IMG/VR virus record: IMGVR_UViG_3300032213_001531
Coordinates: 32,001 to 96,000 of that record
Length of the DNA: 64,000 bases
From: a virus
Strand: one strand, 5' to 3'
The translations under genes and the position numbers were made by a program. The notes below the pieces were generated by a model. That model was not told where the DNA came from. It did not search any database and saw only the letters and a list, made by a program, of their open reading frames with translations. Of the stretch, positions 30,649-40,332 are shown piece by piece; the first letter of the stretch is position 1, and every line of letters begins with the position of its first letter.

Positions 30649-30975
30649 TTATTCTTGTGAAGCAAGTGCAAGTAATGCTGAATCATTTAGATTGATACCT
30701 GATGCTGCTTCAATGATCTTGTATACTGTTGGCAGATCAACTAAATCTTCCAAATCAGCAACAGAGTAGTCTGCGTCTGCTTTATATTGTTTCATTGCAA
30801 TGTGGACACATTCAATTAGGATGTCCATTGATTTTTCGTTATCTGTTGCTACTGCTGTTAGTCCTTCAAAAGATTTCATAAACGGTCTAAGTAAAGAAAT
30901 CTTAAGTGGCTGTGCGTCAATTTTTGTTCCGTCGATAAAGACGATCTCATTCTTTTCAATTGGCTTAGTTGCCAT
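30649..30975 (-). CDS. Tail assembly chaperone, short form
   Basis: Immediately upstream of the tape measure; GGAGGT RBS before ATG 30975; paralogous to the N-half of the neighbouring gene. Confidence 0.75.
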   Translation of the reverse strand: MATKPIEKNEIVFIDGTKIDAQPLKISLLRPFMKSFEGLTAVATDNEKSMDILIECVHIAMKQYKADADYSVADLEDLVDLPTVYKIIEAASGINLNDSALLALASQE

Positions 30976-31026
30976 GTATAACCTCCTGTGGTTGTAAATC
31001 AATTATACCATAGGCAGGCTTATTTT

Positions 31027-31713
31027 TTAGTCTATTTTTTCGTAAGACAATCCCATACCAATACCAAAACCAGCCTTTTGTGCATTTACTCCTTGCAATG
31101 CTAAAACGTCTTTTGAGTTAGCTGCTGTGCCACCGCTGTAAACTCTAGCTTTTAGCTCTTCCCAGGCATTTCCAGTACTCTTATTACTTGCCTTATCTAG
31201 GTCAACACCTTGCATTGCTGCTAAAAATTTCTGTTCATCGTATCTTGATTCTCTTTTACTTTCAAGAGTTGCTATTAGTTCTGGCATTGATAAAGACTCT
31301 TCTAATTGATTGTAGTCTTTCCAGATGCCCAGCAAAAATAACTCAGACTCTAGCTTTGCTAAATCTAATGTTTCCCAAGAAGATCCACTTTCTACTGCTT
31401 GCTCTTTAACGCTTTGCTCTGAATCTTTATCTACTTTAATACCTGCTGCAATATCTATTAGTTTATATATTGTAGGAAGGTCAAAGTTATCTTCTAGATC
31501 CTCTACCGTCTTTATTTCTGGCATATATTGTTGCATGGCAATTCTGGCACACTCTACTAGATTTTCAATAGTGTCTTGATCCCCTTGAGATTTTCTAACA
31601 ATTTCAAAAGCAACCATAAATTGTCTTAAATATTTTATTTTTAATGGAGTGATATAAAGTGGCGTTCCATCAACTAAATAAAGGACTTCACTATTGTATA
31701 TTCTCGTAGCCAT
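31027..31713 (-). CDS. Tail assembly chaperone, long form
   Basis: Between major tail and tape measure; DGT..PLKI..LR.FM..FE...EDLED..DLPT.YK plus C-terminal extension. Confidence 0.75.
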   Translation of the reverse strand: MATRIYNSEVLYLVDGTPLYITPLKIKYLRQFMVAFEIVRKSQGDQDTIENLVECARIAMQQYMPEIKTVEDLEDNFDLPTIYKLIDIAAGIKVDKDSEQSVKEQAVESGSSWETLDLAKLESELFLLGIWKDYNQLEESLSMPELIATLESKRESRYDEQKFLAAMQGVDLDKASNKSTGNAWEELKARVYSGGTAANSKDVLALQGVNAQKAGFGIGMGLSYEKID

Positions 31714-31727
31714 TAATATAGTATACC

Positions 31728-31768
31728 AAAAACAAAATTGCCCCGCATCCTAAGATGAAGGGCAACTC
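31728..31768 (-). terminator. Intrinsic terminator after major tail gene
   Basis: Minus strand GTTGCCC-TTCATC-TTAG-GATG-CGGGGCAAT followed by TTTGTTTTT. Confidence 0.75.
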
Positions 31769-31785
31769 TGTATTATTAAGTTGTA

Positions 31786-32439
31786 TTATGATGCTGCTGG
31801 GATAGTGCGATCTACGATCTTGCCGTATGATGCATTATCATTTGGAAGTAGACGGAATGAAACCTCAAACATTGTTGCTTCATCACGCTTTGCTGATACT
31901 GAAACATTCTCAATTGAGAGTGCACGGTATGCAACATAGATTCTTTCCAAGCTTGAGCCAATTGCACAGTCACCTGTACCTGGACCTACTGCAACCAAAC
32001 CACGCTCGACTGGGCATTCGCCAATGTCTCCTGCTGAAAGGTTAAGTGATGCAGATCCTGCACCAATACCTGTTCCTGATAGGGCTGTTAGATCTGAATC
32101 CTTGCCTGCTACTGCAAACAAAAGATTCTCTAGTGTTGCTTCAGCAAATGTAGTATTTAGGTTAACCTGCATACCTTGCTTGAACAACTTTGCTACGTCA
32201 AGAACCTGATCTACAGCAACTTCGCCGAAATCTGGCTGGAACTGTAGTTCCAAACCGTTCATTGTGTAACCAATATTACGGAAATCGGTTGTATTTGGGG
32301 ATGTGCTTAATGTATCCTTATACGAATCTCCGCTTACATATGCTGGCAAGTCACCATCTGTTAGTGTTCCTGCTTCATATGTGAAAAGTGCTGCTGCACC
32401 AACGATAATGTTAGTACTGTCGCCTCTTGTATATGCCAT
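31786..32439 (-). CDS. Major tail (tube) protein
   Basis: NIIVGAA...IGYTMNGL...VDQVLD...FAEATLENL; GAGGTGG RBS before ATG 32439. Confidence 0.88.
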   Translation of the reverse strand: MAYTRGDSTNIIVGAAALFTYEAGTLTDGDLPAYVSGDSYKDTLSTSPNTTDFRNIGYTMNGLELQFQPDFGEVAVDQVLDVAKLFKQGMQVNLNTTFAEATLENLLFAVAGKDSDLTALSGTGIGAGSASLNLSAGDIGECPVERGLVAVGPGTGDCAIGSSLERIYVAYRALSIENVSVSAKRDEATMFEVSFRLLPNDNASYGKIVDRTIPAAS

Positions 32440-32506
32440 AATTTCCACCTCTTTTTCTTGTATTGAATTGTAGGCGTGTTTCCTCAAATAAAGTATAACA
32501 CGGGTT

Positions 32507-33079
32507 TTATATAATTATTTTAGTAGCCAAGCGGCTTTCTGGTCCTTCTGTGTTAATTAAAGCTGGCATTTGGTGGTAATCAAAATCAATAATTATTTTA
32601 TTTCCCCCATATGTACGAGCTGTTCCAAAATCAATGATGTCTCTGGTTTCTTCCAGCTGGTAGACTTTAAAATTGTGAAAATAGAACATGTTATCTATGA
32701 CCGTATTTTGATCTAACCTTATTTGTCTATTTGCACACCATGCGTTAATCTCTTCTGCGGTTTCATCAAACCTATCCATTAGCCTTAAGACTGACTCTTG
32801 AATCTGTACCATATTTTCCACACTATTTTCTGCCGTAGCGTAAAAGTAATAAAGTAGTTGCTCACATTTAATATGAGGAAATCCTTTTTTATTCATTTTA
32901 ATCAGTCTATCCCATGTAGCCATAACTCCGCCATCAGGAAAATATTGAGTTAAATCGTTTATTGTTGAAGGCGTTGATGGAAAAAATGGTGTTTCTATAT
33001 CAGTAAGTAACTGAATTTTATTTTGCAAATACTTATTAATCCATAAAACTGGTGTATTTAATAAGCTATCGTTTGCCAT
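32507..33079 (-). CDS. Putative tail terminator protein
   Basis: Synteny: immediately before major tail gene. Confidence 0.55.
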   Translation of the reverse strand: MANDSLLNTPVLWINKYLQNKIQLLTDIETPFFPSTPSTINDLTQYFPDGGVMATWDRLIKMNKKGFPHIKCEQLLYYFYATAENSVENMVQIQESVLRLMDRFDETAEEINAWCANRQIRLDQNTVIDNMFYFHNFKVYQLEETRDIIDFGTARTYGGNKIIIDFDYHQMPALINTEGPESRLATKIII

Positions 33080-33750
33080 TAAATACCAACTCCCGCACTA
33101 GCAACCCATTGAAATCCTACTTTAACTCCAGCAGATCTTCCTTGTTTCTTTCCACTTTGTAAATTTTTTCTATATACTGATGCATTCTTAAAGTGAGACT
33201 CTAGCCCACTTACTCTTAAAAAAGACTGTCTAAAGTAAACATTAAAAAATGTGCCTATAACTTCTTCAAATTTTCCCTGTGTTTCTCCACCAGGATTTAA
33301 GACAGTGACTGGCTCTTTAGTAAAAACCTCTTCGCCATCTATCTCAAACCTTAAAGCTTCTGCTTTTTTAGGAGTAATGGTTACAGCAATTCCGTTTTCC
33401 ATAATTTTTGCTTTATCGTAAAAGGGAACCTTTGAACCATTTTTGATTGAAGTTGACTGTTTTAGATTAGTTTTAAACGTAAGTCCTAGATTACTAACAG
33501 TATAATGAATGTCAAATAAACGACCTTCTGGAGTTCCAACCTGTGACCATTCATAAATATGATGAAGTGTAGATGGGCTTACTCTGGCATTACTGTCAAT
33601 ATACTCATTCATAATCTTAGAAACGCCTTCACCTAAAGTTCTGTACATAGTTGTTTTTCCACGTTGAGCACCTTCTAAAAATCCAAAAGAATATTGAACA
33701 ATGTTATTCATGTCTTTTCTAAACGCTCTAGAGTCTATGTTCATTTTCAT
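33079..33750 (-). CDS. Putative neck/tail completion protein
   Basis: Synteny in head-tail connector block. Confidence 0.55.
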   Translation of the reverse strand: MKMNIDSRAFRKDMNNIVQYSFGFLEGAQRGKTTMYRTLGEGVSKIMNEYIDSNARVSPSTLHHIYEWSQVGTPEGRLFDIHYTVSNLGLTFKTNLKQSTSIKNGSKVPFYDKAKIMENGIAVTITPKKAEALRFEIDGEEVFTKEPVTVLNPGGETQGKFEEVIGTFFNVYFRQSFLRVSGLESHFKNASVYRKNLQSGKKQGRSAGVKVGFQWVASAGVGI

Positions 33751-34193
33751 AGGTCTACCGCCTGATTCTCAGAACGACGGATAACAATTTTATAATACTC
33801 TACTCCACCAAATGGTCCAACAAATGGCTCTACTGTAGCAACCTCAAAAATTGTTGGCTTTCCAGATCTTGGGCCAGCAGTTTCATTATAGATTTCATTA
33901 CAGTTTTTATCACGTATATTTGTGACAAGTATATTTGTTACTGAATTTCTTGAGTCTCTACTTGAAATTCTAAGATCACTTTTAACTCTTCCAAGCAATA
34001 AAGATTCTTGAGTAATATTGACGTTGGGTGTCACTTCTTCTTTAAAAGCTGATCCAGCTGAAGCAAAGCTGCCTGCAATTGTTTTATCTAGTATCCACTG
34101 TTTTTTAACATTTCCATATGCGCCTTGCTCAACAATTGGATAATATATATCTGCTTGCATTGGAAATATGTAGTCCGTTGCTTCGCATATCAT
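33747..34193 (-). CDS. Putative head-to-tail stopper
   Basis: Synteny, size, Q.AYGNV motif. Confidence 0.6.
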   Translation of the reverse strand: MICEATDYIFPMQADIYYPIVEQGAYGNVKKQWILDKTIAGSFASAGSAFKEEVTPNVNITQESLLLGRVKSDLRISSRDSRNSVTNILVTNIRDKNCNEIYNETAGPRSGKPTIFEVATVEPFVGPFGGVEYYKIVIRRSENQAVDL

Positions 34194-35101
34194 TAGATTA
34201 TCCCTGGTTTAAGAATAGTATTTGCATACTTATCTAATATCTTATCTACTAGCATGTTTCCAGTTCCGTTAAGAACTGACTTATCAAACTGAATTCTAAA
34301 CTGATCTGTGTTGTAAGCAGTTACATATCTTTTATAGTAATCTAACTTTCCACACTGTATATCTTCAATTAGTGCCTTAGTAGCAACTTCAACATCTGAA
34401 GGAATTGTTTTATATCCACTATCTACAATAAAGGTATAATCATATCCCGCTGGAAAAGCAACTGATTGATATCCATAATATCCAAGATCGCCTCTTGCAA
34501 TTGGAACATTTGGAGGAGATTGCTCTGAACGATTATAAGGATCAGTAATAACTCTTTGAATTGCAGAGTTATCTAAAGTAATAATATATTCATATGTATT
34601 TGTTTCTGGGGTTTCTACGTCATATACAAGAACATTGTTTTCGTATACTTTTAAGACTTTGCTTGTGTCATACCATATTGGGAAATAGTCTGTCCCCTGT
34701 CCAACTGCTTGAATAACTTGTTTATGATTATAGAAACCATTTGGAATAATGGTATCAATTACGGCTCTGGCAAGAAGTTCTTGCATTCTATATTCTGCAA
34801 TTTCTGAAGCTGTAGTAGCCATCTTATTAGCATTTACATAGGGTCTAATAATATCTAAATTCTCTTCATAAAGTGTGTGTATGTGTTCTGTATCATAAAA
34901 CTTAATATAAAATTTTCTATCGTATTGTACTTTTTCTAACGGTAGTTCATATTCAACTACCCCATTAGCATCAGATGTTACTTCTGTTTCTACTACTGAG
35001 TGGTCCACCAGATCCTCAACATATTGAACGTACGTATAGTTTGGTATAGGTAATGTCCAAGTTGTTGTAATAGGATAAGGTGGAACTCTCATAACCTCCA
35101 T
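34193..35101 (-). CDS. Putative head-to-tail adaptor
   Basis: GY..IPSDV..AT..L and TGN..VD.IL..Y motifs. Confidence 0.7.
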   Translation of the reverse strand: MEVMRVPPYPITTTWTLPIPNYTYVQYVEDLVDHSVVETEVTSDANGVVEYELPLEKVQYDRKFYIKFYDTEHIHTLYEENLDIIRPYVNANKMATTASEIAEYRMQELLARAVIDTIIPNGFYNHKQVIQAVGQGTDYFPIWYDTSKVLKVYENNVLVYDVETPETNTYEYIITLDNSAIQRVITDPYNRSEQSPPNVPIARGDLGYYGYQSVAFPAGYDYTFIVDSGYKTIPSDVEVATKALIEDIQCGKLDYYKRYVTAYNTDQFRIQFDKSVLNGTGNMLVDKILDKYANTILKPGII

Positions 35102-35104
35102 GTC

Positions 35105-35581
35105 TTACTTACCAAATTCCTTAGCAACTTCTTCAGGTGTGGCAAGTGAGATGTGTGAACGAGTAAGCCACTTTTCAGCAGCGCTCTTTGCTACAATGTT
35201 GATACCAAAATAAACTTTGCCAACTTCTGGCCAGCTAACATTTTTTGTTGATCTAATAGCAACTGTCTCTTCTGGATTTATATCGATCTTTGATTTCTTA
35301 GATGACTTTGGTAGTACTGGTGCTGCTGTAACTCCAATTGCACCACTATCTAATTGACCAACTGCCTGCTGTTCAGAATCTGATTTCCCAAAATCTGATG
35401 TATTAATTGCTGTTGGTGCTTCTTCATGAGCTTCTGGCTCTAAAATAGATTCTTCAACAGCTGGTTGTTCAGCAACTACTGGCTCTTCAACTGCAGGGGT
35501 TTCAATAACCTCTGGTGTTTCTTCAATAATCGGAGCTTCAGTATTTTCTTCTACAACTGGGTTTTCATTTATATTTTCCAT
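35105..35581 (-). CDS. Hypothetical protein with acidic disordered N-terminus
   Basis: AGGAGG RBS; conserved-looking end ATPEEVAKEFG. Confidence 0.75.
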   Translation of the reverse strand: MENINENPVVEENTEAPIIEETPEVIETPAVEEPVVAEQPAVEESILEPEAHEEAPTAINTSDFGKSDSEQQAVGQLDSGAIGVTAAPVLPKSSKKSKIDINPEETVAIRSTKNVSWPEVGKVYFGINIVAKSAAEKWLTRSHISLATPEEVAKEFGK

Positions 35582-35621
35582 TATTTCCTCCTAAATAGTA
35601 TTATATCATTATAAGTTATAA

Positions 35622-35651
35622 GGGGAGCAGGAGAATTAACTCCTACTCCCC
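35622..35651 (-). terminator. Strong hairpin/terminator after major capsid gene
   Basis: GGGGAGTAGGAG-TTAATT-CTCCTGCTCCCC, 12-bp stem. Confidence 0.8.
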
Positions 35652-35672
35652 CTAAATTTTACTGTTTACAGA

Positions 35673-36824
35673 TTATGCATCTGCTGCAGCATCAGCGTAT
35701 GCGATAGCATCTTGCTCTTCCCATGTAATACCGAAGCGAACGAAGACTGTGTATTCTACAGTATCCTTCTTTGGCTTGTATTCACGGTTAACAGTGATAT
35801 CACGCTGGAAGCCCCATACACGGTTCTGTGGGAATGTTAAATCAACATATCCTGCAGGGTAGTAAGGAACTTCTTGTACGTCAACTCCGAGAACACGTGT
35901 TGTACGTGCTCCACCGAATGTCTGTGCTCCACCATCAAGGTATGCTTGACGATTAATTGGAGTTCCGCCAGCCCGTGAAGCAAATGCTTCAGCAACTGCG
36001 TCTGCTAGAGTACCGTTATTCTTAACGATTCCCTGGAATGCATCTGTACCAGCATAGAACTTCAAGTTAGACTTGATAGCACGATACTTACGTGGCATTG
36101 CTGTGATGATATTTTGCATTACTTCTGTTGTCCAAGCGTTATTAGCGACTGTTACAACTGATTCGTGAGCGTCATATCCTGCTCTAACTTGGTGAACGAA
36201 ACCGTCCATAATTCCAAGGAATGCTCCATCTCCACTAAGACCTGTACCATTAATAGCAAGATCTTCAATGTCATTACCAAATGCGTTTGTCATAAGACGA
36301 ACGATATGATCTTCTAGTGCTGCACCTTCGATGTTATCTTCTAGTGCTTCTGATGTTACTTCCCAGTCAAGACGAATCTTCTTTGTAGTTAATTCAACCT
36401 TTGAGAATGTTGCACCAGCATTTGTGTAATCACCAAGTGATTGTGCTGCTGCACGGATTACACGCTCTCCGACGTTTACCTTTTCGAGTTCCATTGTATT
36501 GGCTCTCATAGTAACACGACGGCCATCTTGGGCGAGAGTGGTAGCATCCCACACGTAGTCAATAAAACGACGTGCTTGCTCTGGGCGTAGGATACCTGAT
36601 CCAGCCTCACCTGAAGGATTTACTGCGTTTGGACCAGATGATGTACCTAATTGTGCTGATGGGATATTTCCCAACACGCCACCGTCAGTGTAGTTACCTG
36701 GTACGTTAACTGCTGCATCTGAACCTGATGCAAATGCTCCTTGACCCTGGTAGAGTCCTGGTGCTGTTCCGCCAATGTTACCTGAAGTACCTGGCTGGTT
36801 CTTTTCTATATTTTGTTCCGACAT
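35673..36824 (-). CDS. Major capsid protein (HK97 fold)
   Basis: GILRPEQARRFID, EALEDNIEG, DIEDLAINGT, AMPRKY; GGAGGTGA RBS. Confidence 0.92.
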   Translation of the reverse strand: MSEQNIEKNQPGTSGNIGGTAPGLYQGQGAFASGSDAAVNVPGNYTDGGVLGNIPSAQLGTSSGPNAVNPSGEAGSGILRPEQARRFIDYVWDATTLAQDGRRVTMRANTMELEKVNVGERVIRAAAQSLGDYTNAGATFSKVELTTKKIRLDWEVTSEALEDNIEGAALEDHIVRLMTNAFGNDIEDLAINGTGLSGDGAFLGIMDGFVHQVRAGYDAHESVVTVANNAWTTEVMQNIITAMPRKYRAIKSNLKFYAGTDAFQGIVKNNGTLADAVAEAFASRAGGTPINRQAYLDGGAQTFGGARTTRVLGVDVQEVPYYPAGYVDLTFPQNRVWGFQRDITVNREYKPKKDTVEYTVFVRFGITWEEQDAIAYADAAADA

Positions 36825-36847
36825 ATTGTCACCTCCTGTGATTTTTT

Positions 36848-38248
36848 CTAAATGAATAGATCGGCTGTTTTGAGGAAACTACCGCCCCATAGGGATTTTT
36901 CAACCGTTTCAGATTGATTCTGTACTATCTCGCCGAGATCGCCAGACTTTCGGAAAGCCGTGTCTGCTTCTACAGCATCTACTCGCTTACCAAATTCATT
37001 AAATACATTTGAGGCTGTTGCAATATCTTTTGCTACTGCTTCAAATGAGCTTTTTACTTCGTCAACATCAACCTTTGAAGACTTAAGAAGTTCTACTTCT
37101 GCTTGTAAAGATTTAACTGTTGATACTAGATCGCTAAAGGCTGATGTAAGAGTGTTCTTGATTTCAGCAAGAGACTCAACAATTACTTCATCTGACTTAG
37201 CTGCCATAGGCTTTTTGGCCTCGGCATCTTCGTCTACTGGAGTTTCAGCAGCAGCCATAGCAGCAGATTCTTCTTCGTCAGTCATTGGCTTTGCAGCCTT
37301 TTCTGTTGAGTCTTTTGAATCTTCTGCAGCAGATTCTTCATCAGACATAGGCTTCTTATCAGCCTTTTCTGTTGCTTCTTCTACTGGTGTTACTTCTACT
37401 GCATCTGCCTCTGGAGCGACCTCTACTGCTTCAACTGTAGCTTCTGATTTTGATACAATCTCATCTGCTACATTTTTTGTTGTTTTTGCCATAGGATTTG
37501 CCTCCTTGTTAATCTTAGAAGTATTAATGCCTTTAGCACTATCAACTAAGAACTTTATCATATTTGTTTTTTCATTATCCGTTTTTTCAACGAAACCTAT
37601 ATTAGTCATTTCATTACCATTTACTGGGCTAAGCTCAGACTCATTTTCTGAAACCATTACGAGTCCAGATTCTTTATCCCAAAATACATTCTCAAGCAAT
37701 GTCTCATCTGCTTTAATAATATCTACACCATCTACTTTTTCAACAGATACAATGTTTGCAAACTGATTAGCAGGGGAATCAACAAGACTCAACTCTACCA
37801 AATCATATTCCTTAATAACACGGATTGACTTATCTGATTTTTCATCATAAGCATCATCCCATTTATTCATTTTTCCGCCAATTGAAAAGCCAGTAAGGGT
37901 TCCGTCAAGAACTTTTTCCCAAGTATCTTGTGCACCCTTTGAAACATAAGCGGACACAAAAACACCTTTATAAAACTTCTTTGATGCTGGATCAAAATAT
38001 TTATCTTCTTTAAAATCTACCATTTTACCTACTGCTACGGGCTGATGCATTTCTCTAATGTTCCCACGGAACTTTGCAAATGCTTCCATTGATGCTTCTG
38101 CTGTAACAATATCATCTTGTTTATCAAGGTTATCTAGTGAAGCAAAACCAGAAACAATTCTTCGCTCTTTGTCTACTTTGGTAAGTGGCATTGAGAGACG
38201 AACATTTTCCCCATCGGTATCCCAATGAGCTTTTGATATACTATTCAC
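36848..38248 (-). CDS. Prohead protease fused to scaffold-like acidic coiled coil
   Basis: REMH, GFSIGG, ELSLVDSPAN (HK97-type protease) then acidic/Ala-rich C-half; GTG start. Confidence 0.9.
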   Translation of the reverse strand: MNSISKAHWDTDGENVRLSMPLTKVDKERRIVSGFASLDNLDKQDDIVTAEASMEAFAKFRGNIREMHQPVAVGKMVDFKEDKYFDPASKKFYKGVFVSAYVSKGAQDTWEKVLDGTLTGFSIGGKMNKWDDAYDEKSDKSIRVIKEYDLVELSLVDSPANQFANIVSVEKVDGVDIIKADETLLENVFWDKESGLVMVSENESELSPVNGNEMTNIGFVEKTDNEKTNMIKFLVDSAKGINTSKINKEANPMAKTTKNVADEIVSKSEATVEAVEVAPEADAVEVTPVEEATEKADKKPMSDEESAAEDSKDSTEKAAKPMTDEEESAAMAAAETPVDEDAEAKKPMAAKSDEVIVESLAEIKNTLTSAFSDLVSTVKSLQAEVELLKSSKVDVDEVKSSFEAVAKDIATASNVFNEFGKRVDAVEADTAFRKSGDLGEIVQNQSETVEKSLWGGSFLKTADLFI

Positions 38249-38293
38249 TATTATATTATAATCCCTTTTTATTCGTTTATTTAAAAACTATGC

Positions 38294-39910
38294 TTATTCA
38301 TCAAATTTGCGGCCTTCGCCTTTTGGATTTCTTCCAGCAACAGTAGATGAGCTATCAGAATTGTTATTTGTTCTTTGACTATCCCTTGCTCTATTAGCAG
38401 TAGCATCTGCTGCCTGTTCTGGCTTCATCTCTAAAGGTTCATCCCCGCCATCTCTTTGAGGCATACCTAAAATTGTACGAGCCTCATTTGGAACCATGAT
38501 TTGAGCCTTAACATATCTTTCAAGAATTTGAGATTGTGTAATTTCATCAGTCAAGGTAAGCTCGTTAAACTTAAAATCCAAGATGTCTGTCTTTTCACGA
38601 ATTACTTTACTAATCATTTTATTCAATTTATCTTGTGCTGGTCTGGCTACCTGCTCTTTAAAAGTTCTATCTTGTGCTAATGCTGCTGCAATTGCCGATG
38701 CATCACTACCGCCTAGCTTAGACAAAGGAACTTGATGTGCTACTAAAATATCATCACGGTTTTGTTTACGATACTTTTCAAAAGATCCTTCTTGAACACC
38801 ATTTTCAATTGGCTCCATCTTAAACTCAACCTTATTGGTATCAGAATCTCCTGGTAGTGGAATGTAGAGAGTTCTATGAGATTGCCCCTTAAGTCCAGTC
38901 TGAAGGAATCTAAACATTTTATCTTCTGCTTCTGAGGAAAGCTTGGCACCTTTAAGGGTTACGACATATCTTGGAACAGCTTTATTTTGGAAATAGTCAA
39001 TATTGTACTGAGAGGCAAGGCTATCACCATACAAAGAGTTGATTGCTGAAATAATATCTGGAACACCATAAAAAGTGTTTAGTGGTGAGTATTGTTTAAA
39101 ATGTATAATCTCATTTGGTCGTGCATCTGTCCCTAGTGGATTTGGATTAGTTGCTCCAAAGTTACGGAAATAAACAACCTTGTTTCCAATAACTTGAACA
39201 AAGCCGTCACGAAGTCTGCGGACTCTAACTGTAGTAGATGGGATATGTCCAACGTATCCTATTTCTCCTTTTAGCGTTCTTCCGACTTCAAGATACCCAT
39301 TACCAGTTGCTTGAAGATCTGTATAAACTTTTTCCATTGAAGCAGTAAAAGAGTCATCGCTATTTAAACTTTCTAGCCAGTCTCTAACTTCAATCTTTGC
39401 TCTTTCAATTCTTTTTCTTGCACGATCTACTGACGTAGCATCTGTAGAAGACTCTAGCTTTAGCATTGTTCTTGGAGATACCTCAAAGTCATAGCCTAGT
39501 CCAACTATATTTTCTACCTTAGCGTCAATAGCAGCATGATTAGCAAATGAGGTATCATAAAAATTAGCAAGTTCGTATAAATTCCAAGGCGGTGTAATAA
39601 CATCAAATAAACCATATCCATTGCGATAAATAAGTCCAGGGTTAATTTCTTTTGATTGTGCTCCATCAATACCAGAACTAACAGCACGAGCTGAATCAAT
39701 ATATCCTTGGGATGCGTCAACCTTGCTTACATCTGTACCTAGTGATTTAACTACACGAGAAGCACGACGTTTAAAATTATTGTCCAATCCGTTAAGATTT
39801 TTTAAATCATCCCAGGATTTATTAAATGGGTCTTGTTTGTCAAAGGTATCATCGGCTTCAATTGTTTTATCAATTCTTGCTCCAATGACATAATCGCTTT
39901 GATCTGACAT
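38294..39910 (-). CDS. Portal protein
   Basis: TGNGYLEV, EIIHF, FYGVP, YFQNKAVP, PNEAR..LG. Confidence 0.92.
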   Translation of the reverse strand: MSDQSDYVIGARIDKTIEADDTFDKQDPFNKSWDDLKNLNGLDNNFKRRASRVVKSLGTDVSKVDASQGYIDSARAVSSGIDGAQSKEINPGLIYRNGYGLFDVITPPWNLYELANFYDTSFANHAAIDAKVENIVGLGYDFEVSPRTMLKLESSTDATSVDRARKRIERAKIEVRDWLESLNSDDSFTASMEKVYTDLQATGNGYLEVGRTLKGEIGYVGHIPSTTVRVRRLRDGFVQVIGNKVVYFRNFGATNPNPLGTDARPNEIIHFKQYSPLNTFYGVPDIISAINSLYGDSLASQYNIDYFQNKAVPRYVVTLKGAKLSSEAEDKMFRFLQTGLKGQSHRTLYIPLPGDSDTNKVEFKMEPIENGVQEGSFEKYRKQNRDDILVAHQVPLSKLGGSDASAIAAALAQDRTFKEQVARPAQDKLNKMISKVIREKTDILDFKFNELTLTDEITQSQILERYVKAQIMVPNEARTILGMPQRDGGDEPLEMKPEQAADATANRARDSQRTNNNSDSSSTVAGRNPKGEGRKFDE

Positions 39911-40314
39911 TATTCATCACTTCCATACTTGGCAATTGTATCTTTAGCTGCTTGAACAGCGCCAAGATCATTAAGAGAAGGAATTAGGCCTGCTGCCATT
40001 CTTTCTTTTTGCTCTGAATATTCTTCTTCTGAAATTCTTGTAAGCCCTGGAACAAAAACACAAGTACCGTCACCTTCATCACCATAATGCTTTGCAGCAT
40101 CCTTAAGTTTTGATATCTGCATAATGTCACCCTTCATAGATTCAATGTTTAAGACAGAACCATTTCCATCTGTAAACCATTTTCCATTGGCTTTTTTGTA
40201 GACATACAAGCCCCAGTCATAATGCTTTTCAATAATCTTGGCACGGGATTCTCCCACCTGCCCTTTCATTTTAGGTAAGGCTTTACGCTTTTTGTTTGGA
40301 TTTTCCATATTCAT
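39910..40314 (-). CDS. Conserved hypothetical protein upstream of portal
   Basis: Likely leaderless start 40314, 7 nt after TGGTATACT. Confidence 0.75.
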   Translation of the reverse strand: MNMENPNKKRKALPKMKGQVGESRAKIIEKHYDWGLYVYKKANGKWFTDGNGSVLNIESMKGDIMQISKLKDAAKHYGDEGDGTCVFVPGLTRISEEEYSEQKERMAAGLIPSLNDLGAVQAAKDTIAKYGSDE

Positions 40315-40332
40315 AACCATAAGTATACCATA

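Noticed and set aside
20860-37766. Long plus-strand ORFs such as 20903..21274, 29387..29944 and 36960..37766
   Set aside because: Antisense to well-supported genes; composition mirrors the codon bias of the coding strand
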